This document shows, one piece after another, positions 52,009-60,928 of a DNA stretch of 64,000 nt. Position 1 is the stretch's first letter, and each line of letters begins with the position of its first letter. Below the pieces are notes generated by a model that saw nothing but the letters and a program-made list of their open reading frames with translations, did no database searches and was not told the DNA's origin. Made by a program: the position numbers and the translations under genes. Source of the DNA: a virus (lineage: Duplodnaviria > Caudoviricetes); IMG/VR virus record IMGVR_UViG_3300045539_000055, positions 176 through 64,175 of that record; one strand, given 5' to 3'.

Positions 52009-53427
52009 CTATCCGAAACGGAATAATACGAAGTTGTTTGCACCTAAAGTACATACACATCTTTCAGACAAGAAGTTAACCTCCATTGCATCCAAGTCAG
52101 ATGTTTGAGCACCACCGGCAGAACCTGTAATCCACGTTTTGTATCTACGGTCTTCAGCTTCTGAAGCACGGTATCTAACGTGTAAGAAAGGTCTCTTAGC
52201 GTTTTTACCCATAATTTGGTCGTACACTGAAGTAGAACCGGCAGGAACCATAAGACCTGTGATTGTACCTGTTGCTGTAGCAGCAGCATTGTTCAATCCA
52301 CCTCTCATAGTTGGGTCATTTAGGTATTTCCAATCAGACTTGTAGAAATCGTAACCTCTACGGAATCCTGTGAAACCTAAGTTTAATGCCATATCAACAT
52401 CATTGTCGAATAAACCGAAAGATGCAGACTGAGCAACACCACCTGAAGTGTAACCGTTTAATGTTGCTAACATATTGTCGATGTCGAAAGACAATCCACG
52501 GTTAACAAACACTACGTTTTCTTCGATAGCTCCTTGTTTGTCCAAACGAGAAACGATTGTGTCCCACTCTAACAAAGAAGTTGGAGAACCACCGCCCCAT
52601 ACGTTACCTCTATTGTTTACAACATAGAAGATACCTTGAGAACCGATGAAACCTGCTGTAGCAGCACCTGAACCCGAAACAGCCGGAACCGCTTCAATCA
52701 TTGCAGTTTCGATGTAGTCTTCAAAACGTAAACGAGTTTCGTGCTCTGATTTCAAATACCACAAGTAACCTGTAGCACCGTTTTCAGTAGTAACTTCAAC
52801 CCATCCGATTTGAGCCATATCAGAACCATTAACCGCATATTTATCTTTTAAGATAATAGGGTTGTTGCTGTAGATGTCATCTTCTGACTCTAATGAACCA
52901 ATCATCCCATTAGTTCCTTTTTTGAACTCAGAACCATAAATGAATACAGTACATTGAGTAGATACAGCAAATGCTTGACCTGTTGCCTCATAGTAAGCTA
53001 CTGTAAAAGTAGTTGCAGAAGGAACAGCAGTTACGATTGCTTTGTTGAATACACCTGTAGTGTTGTTCTGAATCATAACCGTTTGACCAACTCTAATTGC
53101 GATGTAAGTAACACCTGTGTCAGCTACTGTGAAAGTTGCTGTGTTGGAGTTAATTGCTGCCGCAGAAGTAATGTTGGTGTATTTAATGTGAAGACGACCT
53201 TGTTCTGCCCATTTGATTTGGTCAGAGTTAGAAGGCATCTCAGCACCTACCATTCTCAAGAATGATGCGATGGTTCTATTACCATAACGCTCAAATTCTT
53301 TCTCGTAAGTATCAGGAAGATACTGATTCAAGAAGTTGAAGTTGGTAATATAGTTTGTCTGCAATGCTACTTGCTCAGCACTTGGCTGTAATGCAAAAGT
53401 AGGATTTGATAATAATGTACCTGCCAT
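52009..53427 (-). CDS. Major capsid protein
   Basis: QYLPD.YEKE.ERYGNR, SDQI.W.EQGRLH, GSDMAQIGWVEV, GYLWYLKSE.ETRLRFEDY; follows portal and scaffold. Confidence 0.9.
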   Translation of the reverse strand: MAGTLLSNPTFALQPSAEQVALQTNYITNFNFLNQYLPDTYEKEFERYGNRTIASFLRMVGAEMPSNSDQIKWAEQGRLHIKYTNITSAAAINSNTATFTVADTGVTYIAIRVGQTVMIQNNTTGVFNKAIVTAVPSATTFTVAYYEATGQAFAVSTQCTVFIYGSEFKKGTNGMIGSLESEDDIYSNNPIILKDKYAVNGSDMAQIGWVEVTTENGATGYLWYLKSEHETRLRFEDYIETAMIEAVPAVSGSGAATAGFIGSQGIFYVVNNRGNVWGGGSPTSLLEWDTIVSRLDKQGAIEENVVFVNRGLSFDIDNMLATLNGYTSGGVAQSASFGLFDNDVDMALNLGFTGFRRGYDFYKSDWKYLNDPTMRGGLNNAAATATGTITGLMVPAGSTSVYDQIMGKNAKRPFLHVRYRASEAEDRRYKTWITGSAGGAQTSDLDAMEVNFLSERCVCTLGANNFVLFRFG

Positions 53428-53446
53428 TTTGATTAATTTTTAAAAT

Positions 53447-54556
53447 TTATATTCTTTTTATACTACGGATTTTAAGGCTTTTACCGGAATCAGGGTTTAC
53501 CGCTTTTACCTGCATTCCTCCCGTTGACTTTGTAACTTGAGGAACTTTGTTTTCAGACATTTGAATATTCTTAATGCCTTTCATTGTTCCATCAATTGCA
53601 TCTGCTTGCCCTTGTTCGTAAAAGAACTTTGCAAACTTCTCAGGGTTCATAGCAACAGCTAATGACCTATGATAACCTGCCGCATCCTTAACTAAGCCTT
53701 GCTCATCTAAAAACTTATTTATAAAGTTTGCAGGTGTAGCTTGTGCTTTTTTAAGCTCATTAGCATCTCCGGGATTGAAAGTGATTCGCTTGTCATTAAC
53801 ATTGAACTCAAAACCTTTGAACTCTCCGCTAAATACCTCCTCAGTCTTTTGGTTAAACCAATTCCTTTTTCTTTCATTCTCCTCTTCAATAGTCTTCGCT
53901 TGCTTGGTATATTGCTTGTAGCTTTCGTAAATTTCTTTTTCTTCATCAGAAACAAACGCAGCACTTGACTCAAGTGGCATTTTATACTGTTCTTTTTGAT
54001 TATTAAAAAACTTTTTAGCTTCGGCAATTGCCTTTTTTGTTGATATTTTAATTCTTTTAATTTGCGATTCGTCATCAATATCTTCATCATAACGATAATC
54101 ATCCATCAAAGAATCAATATCATCAGCATCAAGTCCTTCTTGAGTTGCTGATAAATAATTTCTAAGTAAACTTTCAGGTTCCATTGAGTCAAAATCTTTT
54201 CTAAGACTTAAAAAATCATCAAAACCTCTTCCTGTTTCCTTTTTGTATTTCATATAAGCAGCAACATCTTCAGGTAAAGCCTCAGCTTCTTCTCTTTGTG
54301 CTGTTAATTCATCTAATGAATTAATCTGCTTATTGTATCTTTTTCCAATATATGAAAGAACTTGTTCTTCTGATAATTCATCAGGCTCTCCACCTGTAGG
54401 CTCAATTACTTCATCAGCAATACGAGCTATTCCTTCAAATTTACCCGAACTTGACTCCCCTAAGATTTCTTGTTCGTGTTTCTCAAGTAATTCTTGTTCA
54501 ACTTGAGCAGTTCCCTTCTCTTCTATACCATCTAATAATCTTACTTTCATTTCCAT
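53447..54556 (-). CDS. Capsid scaffolding protein
   Basis: Acidic, helical; between portal and MCP; -7 box TAGCTTTG at 54589-54596. Confidence 0.7.
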   Translation of the reverse strand: MEMKVRLLDGIEEKGTAQVEQELLEKHEQEILGESSSGKFEGIARIADEVIEPTGGEPDELSEEQVLSYIGKRYNKQINSLDELTAQREEAEALPEDVAAYMKYKKETGRGFDDFLSLRKDFDSMEPESLLRNYLSATQEGLDADDIDSLMDDYRYDEDIDDESQIKRIKISTKKAIAEAKKFFNNQKEQYKMPLESSAAFVSDEEKEIYESYKQYTKQAKTIEEENERKRNWFNQKTEEVFSGEFKGFEFNVNDKRITFNPGDANELKKAQATPANFINKFLDEQGLVKDAAGYHRSLAVAMNPEKFAKFFYEQGQADAIDGTMKGIKNIQMSENKVPQVTKSTGGMQVKAVNPDSGKSLKIRSIKRI

Positions 54557-54614
54557 TTGATTTGATTTTAATTTGATTTAATTTTTTACAAAGCTATACA
54601 ATTTTTTTGATATT

Positions 54615-57050
54615 TTAACGAGGCTCAAATTCTCCTAAATCAAAACCATCTAAGCTATCCTCATTGGATTCAAAATCTAATGGAGGCAAGTTATTTTTTC
54701 TTTGATTTATGAGCTTAGACTGTTGAGTATTTTGAAGGCTAACACGCTTATCTTTAGCCTCTTCTTTTAATTGGTCTCTTTGAGATATTTTTCCAACCTC
54801 CATATTATTTAACTCTAAATTGTAATTAAACTCTTCAGCCATTAAATGAGATTTTAGTTCAGCCTCTACTTGCATAGTCTTGATATTATACTCAGTCTCC
54901 ATTTGTTTTAATTGCATTTTCATTTGCAATTGACCTTGCATATTCTGCATAGATGTTTGTGCGGCTAATTGCTGAGCTTGCATTTGCTGTTGAGAAATCA
55001 TAGCTTGTTTCTGCATATCCAACTTCTCTTCTCTATCTTGCTTCTTAACTCTTTTTTGTTTCAATAGTTGATTTGCAAGTTTAATGTTTTTAAGCTCACG
55101 TATATCAATAGCATCTTCAAGATTAATATCTCCTTTAGATAATGCCATATTGATATTAGCTTCAAGTTGTGCTTTTTGTTCTTCATCAGGTGCAACTTCA
55201 ATAAAAATACCAAAATCATAAATATAAAGGTCTGCGATGTCTCCTAATATAGATACATTGTATCTACCTATCTGATTAATAAACTCATCTTTGAAATCAG
55301 AATATTCTAAAATATCTGCAATTCTATAAGTCAATGCTTCTGACATTGAACGGAAAATATATAATCCACCATCAAGTATGTGTCGAGTAGCTGTATTTGA
55401 GTTCAGAGCTGCTAACTTCTGCAAACCAACTAATGAATTAGGGTCAGGAGTAGAGCCATCTCTCGCTTCATTAAGACCTGTTACCGTTCTAATCATATCC
55501 ATATAGTGATTATAATTAGTAATAAGCATCTGAGTCTTGCCTGTTCCTGCATTTGAATTTAACTGAGTAATAGGAACTTTAGCATTATTAAAATCTCCAT
55601 CTTGAGTAAAACTTCTACCTACAACAGAACCTGTTTGGAAGTATAACCTCAAAGCATCTTCAGGATTATAAGCTGCACCATTACCTAAATCAACTTCATT
55701 AAGACCATCGGCATCAATGAATACACCATCAGGTACAACTCGGTTAATTACTTGTTGCAATTTTAAATGCGTAATTTGGATAAGGTCTGCAAAAGGTATC
55801 ATTCTACGAACTAAAGACTCTATAGCTCCTTTGTACATTCTTGGAGCACAAGCTATGTAGTTTGGTAATGCGTGTTGAGATGCAGACTTTGGTCTAACCA
55901 TATTCTCTGACATTTTCCATTGTAGAAGAATATTAGTACCCATTACCATAATCCCCTCATACCACACATCAATAGTTTTTTCTATCTTTTCAAAATTACC
56001 TTCTTCCATCATTTCTGTTGGAGGATTGAAGGTATCATCTTTTTCAATAACTCTTGAGCCACCATTATCAAGTATCTTCTTTTTATAAACTATTTTCTTA
56101 GTAGTTTTATAATTGAAATACATCAACGTACACGTATCTCTTGAGAATACACTATTCTCATAAAACTGAGCTACATTGAAATAATCATACCATCCTTGGC
56201 TGTATTGTGTTATTTCTTGTAAATCTTCTTTGGTAAGACTTTGGTCAATTTTCATTAACTCAGTTATTGCCATAGTTTTAATTTCTCCCCAATAGAAACA
56301 ATCTCTAAAATAAGGGTCTTCGGTATAACTATAAACCATATTTGCAGGGTCAACATAAGATATTTTTACCCCTGCTCCTTGAAGAAATTCGTGCTTAGCG
56401 ATAGATATACCAAGTACGGTAGCATCATAGTCAAGCCTCTTACGAATATCATCGTAATGATTGACATCAAACATTGTATTTAGAGCCTCTTCTTCAGCTA
56501 TTTCAATAGCCGGCTTGTAATTTAATTGCATATACAATGCCAACTCTTCATCAGTGTTTGGTAACTCTTCAGGGTCCATAACAAAAGGGTCAACTCCTGA
56601 TAGGTCTTTAATCTTTGTTAAGATTTCTTTACCTGCCATTTGAGACTCCATCATCTCCTGATATTTGTTTCTCTTAGCTTGAGACATAGCATCTTGTGCG
56701 TATGCCTTAACTTTAAACAATCGTTCAGACATCCCATTAACTACGATGTCAACAAACTTTGGTATAATAGGAACCGGAGTCCAATCTAAGTTTAAATACG
56801 ATAAATCGCCATCAATAGCTAATTCGTTTTTATATTTACCAACTCCTTGTTCTCCTCTTGCATATAGTCTCAGCCTATGAAATTCTCTCCATTGACCATA
56901 ATATCTGCAATTATTTCCATCTTTGCGGAACCACTCATATTGAATTGCTTGACCAACTTGAAGCCCAAATTGTTCAGTTGCTTTTTCTGCATCAGTAGCT
57001 AACTGACTTGGAAAAGCTGACGATGTAATATCTATTGTTACGTTTTTCAT
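54615..57050 (-). CDS. Portal protein
   Basis: RLYARGEQ...KYK, LDWTPVPIIPKFVDIVVNG, TGLNEARDGS; Q-rich barrel coil. Confidence 0.9.
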   Translation of the reverse strand: MKNVTIDITSSAFPSQLATDAEKATEQFGLQVGQAIQYEWFRKDGNNCRYYGQWREFHRLRLYARGEQGVGKYKNELAIDGDLSYLNLDWTPVPIIPKFVDIVVNGMSERLFKVKAYAQDAMSQAKRNKYQEMMESQMAGKEILTKIKDLSGVDPFVMDPEELPNTDEELALYMQLNYKPAIEIAEEEALNTMFDVNHYDDIRKRLDYDATVLGISIAKHEFLQGAGVKISYVDPANMVYSYTEDPYFRDCFYWGEIKTMAITELMKIDQSLTKEDLQEITQYSQGWYDYFNVAQFYENSVFSRDTCTLMYFNYKTTKKIVYKKKILDNGGSRVIEKDDTFNPPTEMMEEGNFEKIEKTIDVWYEGIMVMGTNILLQWKMSENMVRPKSASQHALPNYIACAPRMYKGAIESLVRRMIPFADLIQITHLKLQQVINRVVPDGVFIDADGLNEVDLGNGAAYNPEDALRLYFQTGSVVGRSFTQDGDFNNAKVPITQLNSNAGTGKTQMLITNYNHYMDMIRTVTGLNEARDGSTPDPNSLVGLQKLAALNSNTATRHILDGGLYIFRSMSEALTYRIADILEYSDFKDEFINQIGRYNVSILGDIADLYIYDFGIFIEVAPDEEQKAQLEANINMALSKGDINLEDAIDIRELKNIKLANQLLKQKRVKKQDREEKLDMQKQAMISQQQMQAQQLAAQTSMQNMQGQLQMKMQLKQMETEYNIKTMQVEAELKSHLMAEEFNYNLELNNMEVGKISQRDQLKEEAKDKRVSLQNTQQSKLINQRKNNLPPLDFESNEDSLDGFDLGEFEPR

Positions 57051-59293
57051 TTGATTAATTGACTTGTTGAACCTTCATTAGAATACCTTGCGAAGTTAAT
57101 ACTTATTTTTGAATCTTTTTTCTCCGGCATATATAAATGCTTTTGGTTAGCCATAATAGCCAATCCCGAGCTAATAGATGCATCAAATTTAGTTCTATCG
57201 TTTATATCAAATTTCGCCCAATCCTCTAATGTACGTGTAAAAGGCATAGTACCCATATCTCCTCCATCTCTATAATCTCCTGTAAAATCTATTCCAACAT
57301 ATTTCTCTATGTAAGATTCAATTGCAGATGCGTGAGACTGTTTTACATCTTCGGATGAGTTTGGTATTCCTCCAAGTTCACGTTCAGTTTTAGTTAATTT
57401 ATTATATTGCTTGTCAGGTCTATTTAGACAGTAGTGTCTATAGCCTCTGTTTTTGAAATGATAAAGCAATCGAGGTTTATTGTTCTCTATAAGGATTGGC
57501 ATACCATAAAAAACGCAAGCCATAAGAACTTCTTCAAAGAATATCTCTGCGGTCTGAGGTCTTGCTATATACTCTAAGAAAAACTCATTTGAAGGAGCAT
57601 CATCCATATTGAACTTAGTAAGACCGTGTAGAGAACCATTTGAACCTCTACCTCCTACTACTGCTGATATATCATAGCTATCGCATCCAAACGAACCAAT
57701 GTGCTCATTTCCGGGATGCTTCATTCCATTTCGTAAATGAATATTGTTTTGCAAATGTTTTGCCGGGGTCCAACTAACTAAGAATCTACCCCTTGGGTCA
57801 GGAGTAAAAACAACCTGAGTATCTTTTATTCCATCTCTCCAATGAAGAGTACCTCTTGTTGTAAAGTGTTCTTTTATAAGACTGTCGTTATAGTCTATCT
57901 GTTGGTATATTTTTGTAAGGTTAAATAAAGATTGTTTACTCTCATCTCTAAATGCGTGAGACTCAGTTCGTGGAAACTGACGATAGAACTCATTTAGTGC
58001 ATCAGCATCGCTTTTAAGCGAATCAACTTCAGCTTCCCAATAGTTTATTGCTCCATTTTTTATCATCATACCATCAACCCCTAAAATAGGTTCTTCAGGT
58101 TTATGAAAAACAGGCATACCATATCTATCTATAAATCCTTCCATATTCCATTCCATTGGAATAAACAAAGAGTACAATCCGCTTTTAGTTTGTCCGTTAG
58201 CATTACGATGTTTTACATCTGAATCCTCAAACATATCTTTGTAGTTCTGACCTCCTTTTGATAATGCATTTGAGGTTGACCCCATCATACACTTACCAAT
58301 GATTTTAGAACCCAATCTTAAACAGGTTTTTGTTACTCGCCAATTCTCTTTGATATTGTTTGGCTTGGTCCATTTACCTGACTCATCGTGAGCCAAGAAT
58401 AATAGTTTCTCCCCATCATAAGAGTTGTCTTCTGTATTCTTCCAATCTATTGATGTATCTAACCCCTCTATGATTTCATTTTCAGTGTCGTACATATTTT
58501 TCTTTGTAATCTTAGATGCCGGTACACGGAAAGCTAATTCTGTCTTTGGCTTATCCATACCATCCATAATTGGCTTGAAGAAAAATGGAAGTCTGCTATT
58601 TATAGGAACTACTTTGTCAGTAAACATTTTCTTAGCATCGGAACCCGTTTTTGATAAGATTCCAATCCTTGCATCACGAGCAAGTGTTCCTACGTTTACA
58701 CATTCAGATGAAGACATAAATGAGAATCCTGAACGCCTGATTTTCAAGTATATCATACCGAAACTTCTTGAGTCCGCCCTACAGGCTTCCCAAAAAATCC
58801 AATAGATTCTATTTGCTTCACGAAAGTCGGGATAACCAATGTCAATGCTTGACCACTGAAGGTACATATAATGAGAACCCGTTATATAAGTAGGGATTCC
58901 ATTATTCATAAACCATACCCCGTTCTCTCTGCAATCAAATTCATTCTCAATATAATCAACCCATCTATTTTTAAAATCAGATGGCATTTCATTCCATTGG
59001 AATATTGATTGTATTCTTGAAAGTTGTTTTGGAAGTGGTTCTCTTTCCCAATATTGTTCAGAGTTTGAAGCGTGTCTTTGAAGACACTTTTTTGGAGCAG
59101 GTGGTAGTGCAATATGAAGTCCTGCTATATTTACAATTTCTCCTATCTGCCCTGTTTTGGAAATTACTATGACATCATATTGGTCATTATAGCCATATAG
59201 CCAAGACTTATTGCCATTCTTTTTAGTAATAGAATGGGCAGGTATGTAATCTTTAACTACATTGTATAAACTATTTAGACCTTCTTTCTGCAA
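57047..59293 (-). CDS. terL: Terminase large subunit
   Basis: YLKIRRSGFS, HDESGKW, GSTSN, FGCDSYD, IENNKP and DASISSGLA; start uncertain (TTG 59293 or 59341). Confidence 0.92.
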   Translation of the reverse strand: MQKEGLNSLYNVVKDYIPAHSITKKNGNKSWLYGYNDQYDVIVISKTGQIGEIVNIAGLHIALPPAPKKCLQRHASNSEQYWEREPLPKQLSRIQSIFQWNEMPSDFKNRWVDYIENEFDCRENGVWFMNNGIPTYITGSHYMYLQWSSIDIGYPDFREANRIYWIFWEACRADSRSFGMIYLKIRRSGFSFMSSSECVNVGTLARDARIGILSKTGSDAKKMFTDKVVPINSRLPFFFKPIMDGMDKPKTELAFRVPASKITKKNMYDTENEIIEGLDTSIDWKNTEDNSYDGEKLLFLAHDESGKWTKPNNIKENWRVTKTCLRLGSKIIGKCMMGSTSNALSKGGQNYKDMFEDSDVKHRNANGQTKSGLYSLFIPMEWNMEGFIDRYGMPVFHKPEEPILGVDGMMIKNGAINYWEAEVDSLKSDADALNEFYRQFPRTESHAFRDESKQSLFNLTKIYQQIDYNDSLIKEHFTTRGTLHWRDGIKDTQVVFTPDPRGRFLVSWTPAKHLQNNIHLRNGMKHPGNEHIGSFGCDSYDISAVVGGRGSNGSLHGLTKFNMDDAPSNEFFLEYIARPQTAEIFFEEVLMACVFYGMPILIENNKPRLLYHFKNRGYRHYCLNRPDKQYNKLTKTERELGGIPNSSEDVKQSHASAIESYIEKYVGIDFTGDYRDGGDMGTMPFTRTLEDWAKFDINDRTKFDASISSGLAIMANQKHLYMPEKKDSKISINFARYSNEGSTSQLIK
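59072..59087. repeat. 16-bp palindromic repeat copy (inside terL)
   Basis: GTGTCTTTGAAGACAC; encodes CLQRH. Confidence 0.9.
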
Positions 59294-59555
59294 ACCCTTG
59301 TTTTGTATCAGTTTTACTTCCTCCGTTTTCGGCAATATCAAGACTTTCTTTTTCAGCTTCTATTCTGCTAAGAATCTCGAATGCATCAAATATAGCCAAT
59401 TTTTTTGTAGCCGCTGCGTTCTTTAACTTGTCAGCAGCTAAGTCATCTCCTTCCATATCAGGATTCAAGATAGATTCTTCGGCTACTTTTATAAGTTCTA
59501 ATACTGCTTTATGACCGGCAGCAATAATTTTTAATTTTGTTTCTTTAGCTGTCAT
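59271..59555 (-). CDS. Putative terminase small subunit
   Basis: Helical; ADKLKNAAATKKLAIFDAFEIL...GFAERRSK; directly upstream of terL. Confidence 0.55.
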   Translation of the reverse strand: MTAKETKLKIIAAGHKAVLELIKVAEESILNPDMEGDDLAADKLKNAAATKKLAIFDAFEILSRIEAEKESLDIAENGGSKTDTKQGFAERRSK

Positions 59556-59559
59556 ATCG

Positions 59560-60126
59560 TTATCTATAAAACATTACATACACCATTCGCCCCTCTTTCC
59601 AACCTGTGTTTGGATATTTACTATGAAAGTAATTAGAAGGGTACATAAGAGCACGATTAGGTCTATATCCTACTACAGAATGCAAATCCCAATTATCCAA
59701 GTTATTTGCCTCTTCCGAAAGAAACCTATCAGCTTCTTCGTTTGAAACATCTAAAGGCATTTCATATCCAACATTCCTATGTCTCCAAAAAGCGGTTCCG
59801 TGGAGTCCTTCTTTTGTCGATGGAGATATATATAGCACGAGTGCTCTTTCAGGTCTAATATCGCCTACTTTTGAGTCTGCGTGTATTCTCCAATCAGTAT
59901 CGAACTCCTCAGTTGCAACTCTAAAGAAACCTAACAAACATTCACGTTGTACTCCATCTATAACACTTAGTTTTTCAACAATATATTTATCAAATTCTTC
60001 ATTGCTATATTGAACCCAAAACTTTTTATCTCCTAATTCAATTTCTTGAAATTCATTATTTGATAAAAGTTTATAAACAGAATCATAGACTCCTTGCCCT
60101 AAAAAATCATCTACAATATTTATCAT
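59560..60126 (-). CDS. 2OG-Fe(II) oxygenase
   Basis: IVDDFL, HAD (HxD), GTAFW, NRALMY....FHS, R...V.FY. Confidence 0.8.
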   Translation of the reverse strand: MINIVDDFLGQGVYDSVYKLLSNNEFQEIELGDKKFWVQYSNEEFDKYIVEKLSVIDGVQRECLLGFFRVATEEFDTDWRIHADSKVGDIRPERALVLYISPSTKEGLHGTAFWRHRNVGYEMPLDVSNEEADRFLSEEANNLDNWDLHSVVGYRPNRALMYPSNYFHSKYPNTGWKEGRMVYVMFYR

Positions 60127-60686
60127 AGCTTAATTGTTATTTGGTGGTCATACATACGATATAGCTTCTCTCCTTCAACAGTAAATTCATATTCACTATC
60201 GGGGGAAAAACAAACATAATCGCCTTGTTTTATTCCTTTGCTTAAAAGATACTCGTTTGGATATACCATCTGCCCCATTAAAGGTTCTTCAACACAAAAT
60301 TTTTCTATGAAATAATCTGTAGCTGCGATTGGTCTAACAAAACAATACTTATCATAAGCATTCCAAGTAGAATCTTTCTTGTATAAAAAGAATTGGTCTG
60401 TCTCTATAAAGAATAAATCATCTTTGAAGAAACTCTTGCCGCTTTTTTGACGACCCTTCATATCGTTGTAAAACTTAAACGCATTGTGATGCACAAGAAG
60501 GGTGTCTCCTATTGTTATAGGACCGGAATAGCCTATTGGAAGCTCGACAACTTTAGCATATCTGTTTGAGAATTTATGGTCCTCTTCTGAAGTACTAACA
60601 ATAAAGTCAGATACTCCTATGTCTTTTGTGTTGTCATACCGCTTTCCATTCATAGGCTTAACTATGAAGTAAAATGGAGATTTCAT
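60123..60686 (-). CDS. GroES-like protein with duplicated domain
   Basis: FIVKP...AKVVELP...IGDTLLVHHN and CFVRP...GIKQGDYV.F...EYEF.VEGEKLYRM. Confidence 0.6.
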   Translation of the reverse strand: MKSPFYFIVKPMNGKRYDNTKDIGVSDFIVSTSEEDHKFSNRYAKVVELPIGYSGPITIGDTLLVHHNAFKFYNDMKGRQKSGKSFFKDDLFFIETDQFFLYKKDSTWNAYDKYCFVRPIAATDYFIEKFCVEEPLMGQMVYPNEYLLSKGIKQGDYVCFSPDSEYEFTVEGEKLYRMYDHQITIKL

Positions 60687-60913
60687 TAAAAGTCTATATT
60701 AAATTCGATTGAAATTGGAATAGCAAAGGTAAACTCTTTCCACAGAACTACCTCTTCTTTTTTATTAATAATATAAATTAATACGTTTCCCGTTTCCGCT
60801 TGTCGTTTAATATGATGAATCTCGTTTGAATCTCCGAGAATTTTTTGACCTATTATGTAGTGCATTGCACCACTCTTATAGTCAGGTCCGATTGATATTT
60901 TTCTTATATCCAT
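60686..60913 (-). CDS. Conserved hypothetical protein
   Basis: IRKISIG.DYK..AMHY..GQ...WK.F....ISIE. Confidence 0.7.
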   Translation of the reverse strand: MDIRKISIGPDYKSGAMHYIIGQKILGDSNEIHHIKRQAETGNVLIYIINKKEEVVLWKEFTFAIPISIEFNIDF

Positions 60914-60928
60914 TTGATTAAATTTAAT

